Assembly (NCBI GenBank): GCA_018817165.1
Contig: JAHITY010000070.1
Span: forward strand, 363-64,362
DNA length: 64,000 nucleotides
From: Candidatus Omnitrophota bacterium
GTDB lineage: Bacteria > Omnitrophota > Gorgyraeia > B26-G9
Direction: 5' to 3'
In this document: positions 16,588-25,875 of the stretch, piece after piece
How the letters are laid out: every line of letters begins with the position of its first letter
How positions within the stretch are numbered: position 1 is the first letter of the stretch
Translations under genes and position numbers: made by a program
Notes under the pieces: model-generated
What the model was told of the DNA's origin: nothing
The model's input: the letters and a program-made list of their open reading frames with translations, nothing else
Databases searched by the model: none

Positions 16588-18308
16588 ATCCGTTTAATCC
16601 GATTTATACAGAAAAAACAGAATGTCAGGATTGTTATAAATGTGTTAGAGAATGTCCGGTAAAAGCTATACAGGTAAAAGACGGCCATGCTGAAGTTATT
16701 GATGCGGACTGTATTTTGTGCGGACATTGCGTTACTGTTTGTCCGATGCAGGCAAAGAAGGTTCGATTTGATCTTGAGCGGGTCAAACAATTATTATTGC
16801 GAAAAGAAAAAGTTATTGTTTCTTTGGCGCCATCATATAAAAGTGAGTTTCTCGGAGTCAGCGAAAGCCAAATGATCTCGGCCCTCAAAAAATTAGGGTT
16901 TTACGCGGTATCGGAAACAGCTCTGGGGGCTCAGATTGTTTCAGCGCATGTTGCTGAAATTATTGAGCAAAAAGGCCCGGGAGTGTATATTTCTTCAGCC
17001 TGTCCGGTAGTAGTCGACTATATAAAAAAGTATAAAACAGAGCATGTCGAGGATGTATTAGAAGTTTTTTCTCCGGTACTTGCGCATTGCCAATACCTTC
17101 GGCAAATCCATGGAAAAGATTGTCGGATTGTATTTATTTCGCCTTGTATCGCTAAGAAAAAAGAAGCGGACACCTATGCTGATTTATTGAATGTCGCGCT
17201 TACTTTTAAAGATCTTCGGGAATGGCTAATTGCGGAAAATATCGCGCCGGAAACAATGCCGAATAAGAAAAAAGATCAATTTTTTCCGCATAAATCTTTA
17301 GAGGGGGCTTTATATCCTGTGGACGGAGGGATGATCGCGGGGATCAAGGCTGTTATGGATAAACCGGATAATGTTTTTTTTATGGCAGTATCGGGAATGC
17401 AAAATATTACTCAGACATTAACCGATATTGAGGTTTTGAAAAATAAACGGCCTATTTTTTTAGAAACCCTTGCTTGTGAAGGAGGCTGTATTAATGGCCC
17501 GACAGTTAAACAGCGTGCGGCTACTGGGGTTAAAAGGTATACAGTTATTCAGAGCTGTGATTATCATAATCAGAAAATAGAGCGTAATTTATTGATACCT
17601 GATATTACAATGCCGATTGAGCCTTGTAAAAAGTTTTTGTCTGAATTTTCGGATGAGCAAGTGCGTGAAGTATTAAATCAGCTGGGTAAATATACGGATC
17701 ATGATGAGCTAAATTGCAGCGGTTGCGGTTATGATTCATGCAAAGATCTGGTTCAGGCATATCTCAATGGCCGCGCGGAAAAGACGATGTGTGTTTCTTA
17801 TATGCGAAAGTTAGCCCAGAAAAAAGCCAGCGCATTATTGAGTGCTATGCCCTCAGGAGTTGTGATTGTAAACAGTAAATGTCAAGTCATTGAATGTAAT
17901 CGGCAGTTCGCGCAGCTTATGGGTGATGATTTGGTTAAAATATATGATGATTTGGGAAATTTAGACAGCGCTAATATAAATAAGATCACTCCTTTCGGCA
18001 GTCTTTTTCAGCGAGTTTTAGAAAGCGAAGCGGATATTATTAATCGAGAATATCGGGGAGTGAATATAATTTATCATATTTCAATTTTCACTATTGAACC
18101 GAAAACAATTGTGGGCGGGATTATCCAGGATATTACAAAGCCGGCGGGGCAAAAAGAGCATATTGTCCGAAAATCACAGGAAGTCATCAAAAAGCAATTA
18201 GCTACGGTACAAAAAATAGCATATCTGCTGGGTGAAAACGCGGCAGAATCTGAAGTCTTGCTTGATTCGATCATCAAATCCTTTACCTTAGAAAAAGCGG
18301 ACGAGTGA
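16584..18308 (+). CDS. sensory [FeFe]-hydrogenase with PAS domain (HydS/HfsB, group C)
   Basis: 2x[4Fe-4S]; H-cluster motifs SSACP, SPCIAKKKEA, ACEGGCING; LNCSGCGYxxC; C-terminal PAS-like region. Confidence 0.9.
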   Translation: MNPFNPIYTEKTECQDCYKCVRECPVKAIQVKDGHAEVIDADCILCGHCVTVCPMQAKKVRFDLERVKQLLLRKEKVIVSLAPSYKSEFLGVSESQMISALKKLGFYAVSETALGAQIVSAHVAEIIEQKGPGVYISSACPVVVDYIKKYKTEHVEDVLEVFSPVLAHCQYLRQIHGKDCRIVFISPCIAKKKEADTYADLLNVALTFKDLREWLIAENIAPETMPNKKKDQFFPHKSLEGALYPVDGGMIAGIKAVMDKPDNVFFMAVSGMQNITQTLTDIEVLKNKRPIFLETLACEGGCINGPTVKQRAATGVKRYTVIQSCDYHNQKIERNLLIPDITMPIEPCKKFLSEFSDEQVREVLNQLGKYTDHDELNCSGCGYDSCKDLVQAYLNGRAEKTMCVSYMRKLAQKKASALLSAMPSGVVIVNSKCQVIECNRQFAQLMGDDLVKIYDDLGNLDSANINKITPFGSLFQRVLESEADIINREYRGVNIIYHISIFTIEPKTIVGGIIQDITKPAGQKEHIVRKSQEVIKKQLATVQKIAYLLGENAAESEVLLDSIIKSFTLEKADE

Positions 18309-18312
18309 TTTT

Positions 18313-19500
18313 ATGATGCAAGAAAATAGATTTATTGAAGTCGATCATTTTCAAATTTTTAAGGCTCACCAGCATGTCGGGGGGGATGTTTTTGCTTGCG
18401 AAAAAATTGATAATGATAATCGGATAATTTTAGTTTTATCCGATGGATTGGGCAGCGGAATTAAGGCCAGCGTTCTGGCAACTTTAACCGCGACTATGGC
18501 GACAAAATTTATAGTGAGTTATCGTGATCTTAAAAGTATTGCCCGGATTATAATGACGACATTGCCTGTTTGTAAGGAACGCTTGATCAGCTATGCGACA
18601 TTTACAATTGTTGATATTGACGCATCCGGGATTACTCGGGTAATAGAGTACGGCAATCCGGCTTTTCTTTTGATTCGCGAGACAATGGCTTTGGATGTAT
18701 CGCGAAAAACAGAGGAGATTATATTTAGTCCAGAGGATAAACGCTTGGTGTATTATTCGGAATTTAAAGCGGAATTTGGTGATAGGATAGTTTTTTGTTC
18801 TGATGGTGTGACTCAGGCGGGTATGGGGGCTTCGGCTACGCCGCTTGGCTGGGGAGATAGCGCTTTGGCGAATTTTGTTTGTTCAGCAGTCAAAATAGCG
18901 GAAAATATTTCGGCGCGTGAGCTTGCGCGGCAAATTGTGAGCAAAGCTCATAGGATTGATGAGGGTAAAGCTAAAGATGATATTACTTGCGGAGTGATCT
19001 ATTTACGTCAGCCGCGGAAAACTTTGATTGTTTCAGGGCCTCCGATCAAACAGGAAAAAGATAAAGAACTGGCGCATCGTCTAAAAGAATTTATCGGACT
19101 TAAAATTATTGCCGGAGGAACAACGGCAAATATAGTGGCGCGTGAGTGGGAACAGGACATATCAGTGGATATTGCTGTTATTGATCCGGAGATTCCGCCG
19201 CATTCAAGGATGGAGGGAGTTTCACTTGTAACAGAGGGAATTCTTACTTTGTGTAAGGTAAGCGAAATTTTAGAAAAAGGAATATCGCTTGAATTGATAA
19301 AGAATAATGCCGCCAGGAAGATATTGGAAATTTTGCTTAATAGTGATATTATTCACTTTTTAGTAGGAACAAAGATAAATGATGTTCATCAGGATCCCAA
19401 TATGCCCGTAGAGATAGAAATAAGGCGGACTATTGTAAAAAAAATAAAACAGTTGTTGGAAAAAAAACATTTAAAGAAAGTGTATTTAGAATATATTTAA
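18313..19500 (+). CDS. SpoIIE/PP2C-family Ser/Thr phosphatase (HfsC-like)
   Basis: GGD, LSDGLGSG, SDGV, DDIT motifs. Confidence 0.9.
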   Translation: MMQENRFIEVDHFQIFKAHQHVGGDVFACEKIDNDNRIILVLSDGLGSGIKASVLATLTATMATKFIVSYRDLKSIARIIMTTLPVCKERLISYATFTIVDIDASGITRVIEYGNPAFLLIRETMALDVSRKTEEIIFSPEDKRLVYYSEFKAEFGDRIVFCSDGVTQAGMGASATPLGWGDSALANFVCSAVKIAENISARELARQIVSKAHRIDEGKAKDDITCGVIYLRQPRKTLIVSGPPIKQEKDKELAHRLKEFIGLKIIAGGTTANIVAREWEQDISVDIAVIDPEIPPHSRMEGVSLVTEGILTLCKVSEILEKGISLELIKNNAARKILEILLNSDIIHFLVGTKINDVHQDPNMPVEIEIRRTIVKKIKQLLEKKHLKKVYLEYI

Positions 19501-19513
19501 AAAGGAGCGGAAA

Positions 19514-19786
19514 ATGAAAAAAATCAAGGTTACTATTTGCACAGGAACAGCTTGCTATGTTTTGGGAAATTCTCAATTATTGGTTATGAAGGATGATTTA
19601 AAGCCGGAACTCCTCAAGTGGATTGATTTTGAAGGAAGCAACTGTCTTAAGTATTGCAAAGATGCTTCTTTTGGCAAAGCGCCCTTTGTGCTAATTAATG
19701 GAAAATTAATGGCTCAAGCTACAGGGCCTAAAGTAAAAGATGAAATAGAAAGGCTTTACTTGGATATGCTTGATGGAGGTGAATAA
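19514..19786 (+). CDS. second thioredoxin-like [2Fe-2S] protein
   Basis: ICTGTACY, CLKYC, KAPFV. Confidence 0.82.
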   Translation: MKKIKVTICTGTACYVLGNSQLLVMKDDLKPELLKWIDFEGSNCLKYCKDASFGKAPFVLINGKLMAQATGPKVKDEIERLYLDMLDGGE

Positions 19787-19787
19787 T

Positions 19788-21209
19788 ATGATCTGTGATA
19801 ATAATGCGACAATTAAGCGGCGTGAATTACTGACTCAGATTGCTAAACTGTGCCTTGATCAATCTTTGCAAGCGGAGATAGATGATCTTCCCTTAAAGCG
19901 CTTTCCTAAAAACAGTCAAACAACCCGTTGCTGTGTGCATGCAGCCCGGGCGATTGTTCGGCAGAGGCTTATTGCGATGATGGGTTTTTCGGTTGAACAG
20001 GACGATGAAAAGAAAGCATTATCCGCGTATGCCCAAGACGCGCTTAAAAGGGATAAGGTTGAAGGAACGATTCTTACGGTTATTGATAATGGTTGCAGTG
20101 CTTGTGTTCAAGCAAATTATTTTGTGACTAATACCTGCAGAGGCTGTTTGGCTCGGCCGTGTTCGATGAATTGCCCTAAAGATGCGATATCTTTTGTAAA
20201 TGGCCAGGCTTTGATTGATTCTAAGGCTTGCGTAAACTGCGGCCGATGTCAAAAGGTTTGTCCGTATCACGCGATTGTATATGTTCCGATTCCTTGTGAA
20301 GAAGCCTGCCCGGTTGGGGCGATTATGAAAGATGAAACTGGTAAGGAATATATTGATTATAATAAATGTATTTATTGCGGAAAGTGCAGCCGGGCTTGTC
20401 CGTTTGGCGCGATTATGGAAAAATCACAAATCATTGATATTATTCAGCAATTAAAAACAAAAAACCCGGTTATTGCTATGATTGCTCCGGCGATTATTGG
20501 TCAATTCGGCGGAAAGCTTAATCAGCTGGTCAGCGCTCTTTTAAAATTAGGGTTTAGCGAGGTTGTGGAAGTCGCCCGCGGCGCGGAAATAACTGTAGCG
20601 AAGGAAGCTGAGGAATTTATTGAAAGAATAAGTCAAGGTGATCAGTTTATGACAACATCATGCTGTCCTGCTTATACTGAAGTTGTGCGCAAGCATATTC
20701 CGGGACTTAAAAAGCATGTTTCCGATACTAAGACGCCATTGCATTATACCGGGGAAATGGTCCGCAATAATAATCCAGAGGCGATTACGGTATTTTTAAG
20801 CCCTTGTTTCGCGAAAAGAAAAGAAGCTATTTTTGATGATTATGTTGATTTTGTTTTAACCTTCGAAGAGCTCGGGGCGCTTTTTATCGCGGCGGATATA
20901 GATGTTCTTGATTGTGCTGAAACGCCGCTTGATGTGGAAGCTAAGATTTCCGGAAGGAGATTTCCTGTGGTCGGCGGCGTGGCAAAGTCAGTTAAGCAGG
21001 CTATTGGTGATCGAGTCCAGTGTAATGAAGTGATAATTAATGGGGTTACAAAAAAAGAATTAAATTTGCTTAAAGCGTATGCCAGAGGTTCTGCTCCAGG
21101 AAATCTAGTTGAGGTCATGGCCTGCGAAGGCGGCTGTATTGCCGGGCCTGGAGTTATCAGCCATCCTAAAGTCAGCAAAGGCAAAATTGATGCTATGGAA
21201 AAAGAGTAA
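19788..21209 (+). CDS. monomeric [FeFe]-hydrogenase (group B-like)
   Basis: multiple ferredoxin motifs; H-cluster motifs TSCCP, SPCFAKRKEA, EVMACEGGCIAG. Confidence 0.9.
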   Translation: MICDNNATIKRRELLTQIAKLCLDQSLQAEIDDLPLKRFPKNSQTTRCCVHAARAIVRQRLIAMMGFSVEQDDEKKALSAYAQDALKRDKVEGTILTVIDNGCSACVQANYFVTNTCRGCLARPCSMNCPKDAISFVNGQALIDSKACVNCGRCQKVCPYHAIVYVPIPCEEACPVGAIMKDETGKEYIDYNKCIYCGKCSRACPFGAIMEKSQIIDIIQQLKTKNPVIAMIAPAIIGQFGGKLNQLVSALLKLGFSEVVEVARGAEITVAKEAEEFIERISQGDQFMTTSCCPAYTEVVRKHIPGLKKHVSDTKTPLHYTGEMVRNNNPEAITVFLSPCFAKRKEAIFDDYVDFVLTFEELGALFIAADIDVLDCAETPLDVEAKISGRRFPVVGGVAKSVKQAIGDRVQCNEVIINGVTKKELNLLKAYARGSAPGNLVEVMACEGGCIAGPGVISHPKVSKGKIDAMEKE

Positions 21210-21404
21210 TTTTCGGAAATAATTTTTTTTCGATTAATTATTGTCGGTTGCTAGGTGAACAAGGTTTAATTTGAGATGCCTTTTGTTGTTTAGGTAGAAT
21301 ACTAATTTATGAACAAAAATTATTAAACCTTTAAAGGTGGAAGGGTTTAATGAAGCATAATAAATATTACAAGCTAAATTAATTAAATTGATGGGTGTAT
21401 AATA

Positions 21405-22151
21405 ATGGCTAATTCGGTTTTGGTAGTTAATAATCTTAAAAAGGTTTTTGGCGATATTATCGCGGTGGATGATGTTTCCTTTGCGGTTGATGGCGGTGAA
21501 ATTGTGGGACTGCTGGGGCCGAATGGGGCAGGGAAAACTACTACGATCAATATGATTTTGGGAACGCTTGCGCCTACGGCGGGATCAGTCAGCGTTAAAG
21601 GGATGAATATAGCGGAGCATCGTTCTCAAGTCCTTAAAAGGATGAATTTCGCGGCAGTGTACGCGCCTTTGCCCGGGAATTTGACCATATATCAGAATTT
21701 ACATATATTTGGATTATTGTATGGGGTAAAGAATATGAAAGAACGGATTGAAATGCTGATCAATCGCTTTGATCTGCAAAAATTCCGCGATAAAAAAAGC
21801 GGCGTGCTTTCTTCCGGAGAACAGACACGTTTGAGTTTGGCAAAAGCAATGCTTAATGATCCTGATCTGCTTTTACTTGATGAACCGACTGCTTCTTTAG
21901 ACCCATCAGTTGCTCGGGAAATCCGCTCAATTATTCGGGAGTTTATAACTAATCTGGGATGTGCTGTTTTATGGACTTCGCATAATATGAATGAAGTGGA
22001 AACTGTTTGTGATCGGGTACTTTTTTTATCGCATGGAAAAATTATTTTACAAGGCGACCCTAAAGTTTTACCGCAGCAATATTGCAAAGCAAATTTAGAA
22101 GAACTTTTTATTATGGTAGCGAATAAATTACCGGCTTGTGAAAAGGACTAG
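21405..22151 (+). CDS. ABC exporter ATP-binding subunit
   Basis: GPNGAGKT, LSSGE, LLLDEPT, SH. Confidence 0.93.
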   Translation: MANSVLVVNNLKKVFGDIIAVDDVSFAVDGGEIVGLLGPNGAGKTTTINMILGTLAPTAGSVSVKGMNIAEHRSQVLKRMNFAAVYAPLPGNLTIYQNLHIFGLLYGVKNMKERIEMLINRFDLQKFRDKKSGVLSSGEQTRLSLAKAMLNDPDLLLLDEPTASLDPSVAREIRSIIREFITNLGCAVLWTSHNMNEVETVCDRVLFLSHGKIILQGDPKVLPQQYCKANLEELFIMVANKLPACEKD

Positions 22152-22154
22152 TTT

Positions 22155-22958
22155 ATGAATTTTAGCAGAATATACGCTGTAGTATTAAGACAGTATTATC
22201 TGATCCGCGCCAGCTTATCGCGGCTGCTTCCTTTGTTTATCTGGGTGGCAGTGGATATTGTCCTTTGGGGATTTTTAACCCGCTATCTTAATTCAGTCAG
22301 TTCCGTTAGCTTTAATTTTGTTCCGGCAATGCTCGGAGCAGTTTTATTTTGGGATTTTTTAGTCAGGATAATGCAGGGCGTGACCATGGCTTTTTTTGAA
22401 GATGTCTGGGCAAGAAATTTCCTGAATCTTTTTTCCACGCCGATCTCGATAATTGAATATATTAGCGGTCTTATTTTATCGAGCATGGCCACCAGCTCTA
22501 TCGGGATTGTGGTAATGTTTGTTTTAGCGGTTGTGGTTTTTGGATTTTCATTTTTAACCTATGGTGTGATGGTTATTCCGTTTTTAATTGTTCTGTTTAT
22601 GTTTGGGATTGCCCTAGGCATAGCCGCATGTGCTTTAGTTTTACGTTTAGGACCGGCCGCGGAATGGTTTATCTGGCCGATCCCGGCGATAATCTCGCCA
22701 TTTGTCGGAGTTTTGTACCCGGTTAGTATCTTGCCGCAATGGATGCAGTTTGTTTCGCGCTTTCTCCCCCCATCATATGTATTTGAATGTTTACGGGCAA
22801 TTGTTTTGGGCCAAGAAGCTTCCGGCAGCAGTCTTTTTATCGGCGCCGGGCTGGCAGCAGTGTATATTTTTTTGGCGATTGCATTTTTTATTTTTACGTA
22901 TAAGCATGCTGTGCGCACCGGGCTTATCGCCCGCTACAGCGCGGAAAATATTGGATGA
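22155..22958 (+). CDS. ABC-2 type permease
   Basis: about six hydrophobic segments, YPVSILPQW motif, adjacent ATPase. Confidence 0.9.
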   Translation: MNFSRIYAVVLRQYYLIRASLSRLLPLFIWVAVDIVLWGFLTRYLNSVSSVSFNFVPAMLGAVLFWDFLVRIMQGVTMAFFEDVWARNFLNLFSTPISIIEYISGLILSSMATSSIGIVVMFVLAVVVFGFSFLTYGVMVIPFLIVLFMFGIALGIAACALVLRLGPAAEWFIWPIPAIISPFVGVLYPVSILPQWMQFVSRFLPPSYVFECLRAIVLGQEASGSSLFIGAGLAAVYIFLAIAFFIFTYKHAVRTGLIARYSAENIG

Positions 22959-22965
22959 TCAAAAG

Positions 22966-23000
22966 AGTATTGCGTATCGTGTATTGAGTATTGGGTAAAA
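22966..23000 (+). repeat. heptamer repeat D (GTATTGC/GTATCGC)
   Basis: near-identical 35-mer at 60551-60585; inverted partial copy at 63374-63394. Confidence 0.8.
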
Positions 23001-23102
23001 CCGAAGGATGATCCTCCTTCGCCAGGGCTATGGAGGACAGATGGACGATCGCTACGCTAGGTCGATGGACGAGAAAAGCAGAAGACAGGTAAAAATTTTC
23101 TG

Positions 23103-23135
23103 ATTTCTAAACTCTAAATAAACTCAAACGACTAA
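23103..23135 (+). repeat. 33-bp repeat C
   Basis: ATTTCTAAACTCTAAATAAACTCAAACGACTAA; copies at 48319-48351 and 58783-58815. Confidence 0.85.
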
Positions 23136-23193
23136 AACCTAAGAAACAAAAAGATAATTGAGTAAAAATTTATAAATTTATTAAGGACGCTAG

Positions 23194-23393
23194 TGATAGA
23201 TAATAGCCAATCCGTTGGGCAAAAATTCTCTTTGAGCGGCGCTTTCGAGCGTGATTTTGACGAGGATGTCAAAATAGCGAGAACGCGCGGCTGAGCCTGC
23301 ACGATGCAGGCTAAGGCTTAGCGAAAAGATGTGTTTTTGCTCAATACGTACTACGAATACTTAAAAAAGTGTCAACTATATTAGGACAAGACA
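23194..23393 (+). mobile_element. MITE-like structured element E ending in an IS3-like terminus
   Basis: multi-hairpin ~200-bp element with an inverted homolog at 41981-42252; ends in GTGTCAACTATATTAGGACAAGACA. Confidence 0.7.
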
Positions 23394-23542
23394 AGAATTC
23401 GCTAACGCTAAACAATTAGTTCCTTAGGACAAGGTAAAGCAAAAATTCATTTTCTCCTCAGAAATAATAAAAAGCCAATCAATGGGATAAATATCTTTTG
23501 GTTTGATTTTTCGATTATCGAAAAAAATATTTCGATTTTGGG

Positions 23543-23570
23543 TTGACAAATTCGGGAAATATGATATATT
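23543..23570 (+). promoter_or_regulatory. sigma70 promoter of the heat-shock cassette
   Basis: TTGACA-N16-TATATT with extended TGn. Confidence 0.6.
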
Positions 23571-23585
23571 GTAATTGGAGAAAAG

Positions 23586-23882
23586 ATGCTAAAGAAAAAT
23601 TTAAAAAACCAAGAAAAGTTTATTGAATTCATAATAGATATCGATGAACCGATTTATACAACCGGCGTAATCCAAAGATTATTGGATATTCCGATTTGGG
23701 TGATCAAGCAACTAGACAATGAGGGGATTGTCAGTCCTCCGCGAAAATTAGTCGGATCATCCAGATTGTATTCCAAACGAGAACTGAAAAAATTAGCGCA
23801 TTGCTGGGTATATATGAATGAAAAAGGGGTTAATAGTAAAGGGCTTAAAGTTATTTTAGAAATAGAAACAAGAAGCGACTAG
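23586..23882 (+). CDS. MerR-family HTH regulator (HspR-like)
   Basis: DEPIYTTGV...GIVSPPR...RLYS...GLKVIL pattern; lies next to hsp20 genes. Confidence 0.75.
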   Translation: MLKKNLKNQEKFIEFIIDIDEPIYTTGVIQRLLDIPIWVIKQLDNEGIVSPPRKLVGSSRLYSKRELKKLAHCWVYMNEKGVNSKGLKVILEIETRSD

Positions 23883-23904
23883 GCAAAAATTTTTTAACGT
23901 ATCT

Positions 23905-23931
23905 TTGGCACTCTCATTGCTAGAGTGCCAA
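23905..23931. promoter_or_regulatory. CIRCE element (HrcA operator)
   Basis: TTGGCACTC-N9-GAGTGCCAA versus consensus TTAGCACTC-N9-GAGTGCTAA. Confidence 0.88.
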
Positions 23932-23961
23932 GAATTAGCAAAGGGGAAAGGAGGTGCTGGT

Positions 23962-24057
23962 ATGGCGATTCAGCGAGTAGTAGGAATGAAAAGCATGGGG
24001 ATGAGCAATGTGGTTTTAAATTGCAAGGGCATCTTGATTGGAAAATTAAACAAATAA
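23962..24057 (+). CDS. putative 31-aa small protein
   Basis: strong SD AAGGAGGTG; MAIQRVVGMKSMGMSNVVLNCKGILIGKLNK*. Confidence 0.4.
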   Translation: MAIQRVVGMKSMGMSNVVLNCKGILIGKLNK

Positions 24058-24084
24058 AATTTAACAAAAAATCGGAGGTGTATT

Positions 24085-24555
24085 ATGTCATTAGTTCCGT
24101 ATAGAAAAAATACTTGGTTATCAGATCCGTTTCGGGAATTGGAAAATCTGCAAAGAGAAATGAATAGATTGTTTGATTTTTCTTTTGCGAATAATCCTTT
24201 TGGCGAAACAACTCTCTTGGGCAGTCAATGGTCTCCGTCGATTGATATTCATGAATCCAAAGATAATCTTTTGGTAAAAGCCGATTTGCCGGGCTTAACC
24301 AAAGATGAGATTGAGATTTCAGTCCAAGATAATAATCTAATTATCAAAGGAGAAAAAAAGAAAGAAAATGAGGTCCAAGAAGAAAATTATTATAAAACTG
24401 AACGTTTTTACGGCAGTTTCTATAGAACAATTCAACTGCCGTCGGAAGTTGATGAAAATAAAGTAAATGCGCAATACAAAGATGGGGTTTTGAGTTTAAC
24501 TTTGCCGAAAAAAGAAAACGCTAAACCAAAACAAATAAGAGTAAATATAAAATAA
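24085..24555 (+). CDS. Hsp20/alpha-crystallin small heat-shock protein
   Basis: ADLPG, ERFYGSFYR, AQYKDGVL, C-terminal IxV. Confidence 0.95.
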   Translation: MSLVPYRKNTWLSDPFRELENLQREMNRLFDFSFANNPFGETTLLGSQWSPSIDIHESKDNLLVKADLPGLTKDEIEISVQDNNLIIKGEKKKENEVQEENYYKTERFYGSFYRTIQLPSEVDENKVNAQYKDGVLSLTLPKKENAKPKQIRVNIK

Positions 24556-24581
24556 TCAGCTGGTTGAAAAGGAGGCTTCTA

Positions 24582-24953
24582 ATGTTTGATAAACTTAAAT
24601 TAAACAGCAAAAATGACAATGCTGTGGTTGTTTTGCCAAATACGAATATTTATGACCAAGACAAGTCTATAGTATTGTCACTTGAAATGGCGGGAGTTGA
24701 TAAAGAAAGCCTGGATGTGAATTTAGAAGGGAATATCTTAAGAATTAAAGCAACAAAGAAAAAGGAGGACATTCCTCGAGAGTATCAGGCCCTTTATCAG
24801 GAAAGGCAGGTAGTGGAGTATAAAAGAAGTTTTGAACTGAACGCGGAAGTGGACAGAGAAAAAATCGAGGCTGAATACAAAGATGGAGTTTTGAAAGTGT
24901 TTCTCTGTAAGGCGGAAAAAGCTCAGCCGAAAAAAATCGCGATCAAAGTTTGA
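24582..24953 (+). CDS. Hsp20-family protein
   Basis: EMAGV, YKRSF, AEYKDGVL, C-terminal IAI; SD AGGAGG before ATG 24582. Confidence 0.9.
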   Translation: MFDKLKLNSKNDNAVVVLPNTNIYDQDKSIVLSLEMAGVDKESLDVNLEGNILRIKATKKKEDIPREYQALYQERQVVEYKRSFELNAEVDREKIEAEYKDGVLKVFLCKAEKAQPKKIAIKV

Positions 24954-24977
24954 ATTTAGAAAATAAGGAGGGATAGT

Positions 24978-25616
24978 ATGCTTAGATATATTGCGTCAGT
25001 TGCTGTAAGCGTAACTATTTTATTCTCAGCGATATTTTTATCTAATGCTTTGATGCCCTGTTTTGCCGGAGATGATAATATTGCTGATTTAAAACACCAG
25101 ATTGAATTATTACAAAAAAGAATCGAAGGCTTGGAGTCAGCGCAGCAGGATGTCAAAGTTCCTGCTGCGAGCAATCCTGTATTGTTAGGACAAAGCGCTC
25201 AGGGAAGTTGGGATCCGCTCGAAGAAATGATGCAGATGCAGCAGGCGATGAGTCGGATGTTTAAAAACTCTTTTAACTGGGGCGGTTTATCTAGCAAAGG
25301 AATGTTCAGCAGTGATGTGTTTTATGATGATGCTTTTGGTTTAAAGGAAGATAAGGATAAATATGTGATTGAATTTGATATGTCAGGGTTTAACCAATCA
25401 AAGGTTAATATTCAAATCAATGAACGCACGCTTACCGTAAAAGGCGAGCGCTCCGAAGCACAGAGTAAAGATCAGAAAAATAAATATTTAAGTTCGGAAA
25501 GTTATGCCAGTTTTATGCGTTCTTTGTTATTGCCGGAAGACGTTGACACTGCAAAAATGAAATCAGAAAACAAAGGAGATAAATTGATCATCACTTTGCC
25601 GAAAAAGAAAAGTTGA
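24978..25616 (+). CDS. Hsp20-family protein with N-terminal signal peptide and coiled coil
   Basis: hydrophobic N-terminus ending CFA, heptad segment, then an alpha-crystallin domain (FMRSLLLP, LIITLPK). Confidence 0.82.
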   Translation: MLRYIASVAVSVTILFSAIFLSNALMPCFAGDDNIADLKHQIELLQKRIEGLESAQQDVKVPAASNPVLLGQSAQGSWDPLEEMMQMQQAMSRMFKNSFNWGGLSSKGMFSSDVFYDDAFGLKEDKDKYVIEFDMSGFNQSKVNIQINERTLTVKGERSEAQSKDQKNKYLSSESYASFMRSLLLPEDVDTAKMKSENKGDKLIITLPKKKS

Positions 25617-25640
25617 TGTTTTCAAGAATGTCTAGACAAA

Positions 25641-25680
25641 AATAAGCCTCTTGCTTGTTGAGCAAGGGGTTTATTTTTTT
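25641..25680 (+). terminator. intrinsic terminator after the hsp20 genes
   Basis: AATAAGCCTCTTGCT/AGCAAGGGGTTTATT stem + T run. Confidence 0.8.
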
Positions 25681-25725
25681 ATATTTTAGGAAAATTACTC
25701 CAACTGATAAAAATTAAATAATAAA

Positions 25726-25782
25726 TCCTACATTTATGTGGAAAAGCCAATAGTTTGGTTTTTAACCCTACATTTATGTAGG
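25726..25782. promoter_or_regulatory. paired putative enhancer sites for the nifH promoter
   Basis: CCTACATTTATGTgGa (25727) and CCTACATTTATGTAGG (25767), 40 bp apart, about 95-150 bp upstream of the -24/-12 element. Confidence 0.7.
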
Positions 25783-25875
25783 ATTTTTTTTGGGTAAAAC
25801 TAGAGTAATAATTTTTTATTAGCCAAAAATTCCAATTTCCCCTCTGTAAAATTCTATTTTAAAGTTTTTTTTAAA

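Noticed and set aside
23217-23342. Multi-branched structure in element E as a tRNA
   Set aside because: No T-loop/D-loop consensus or acceptor end; one arm is replaced in the second copy
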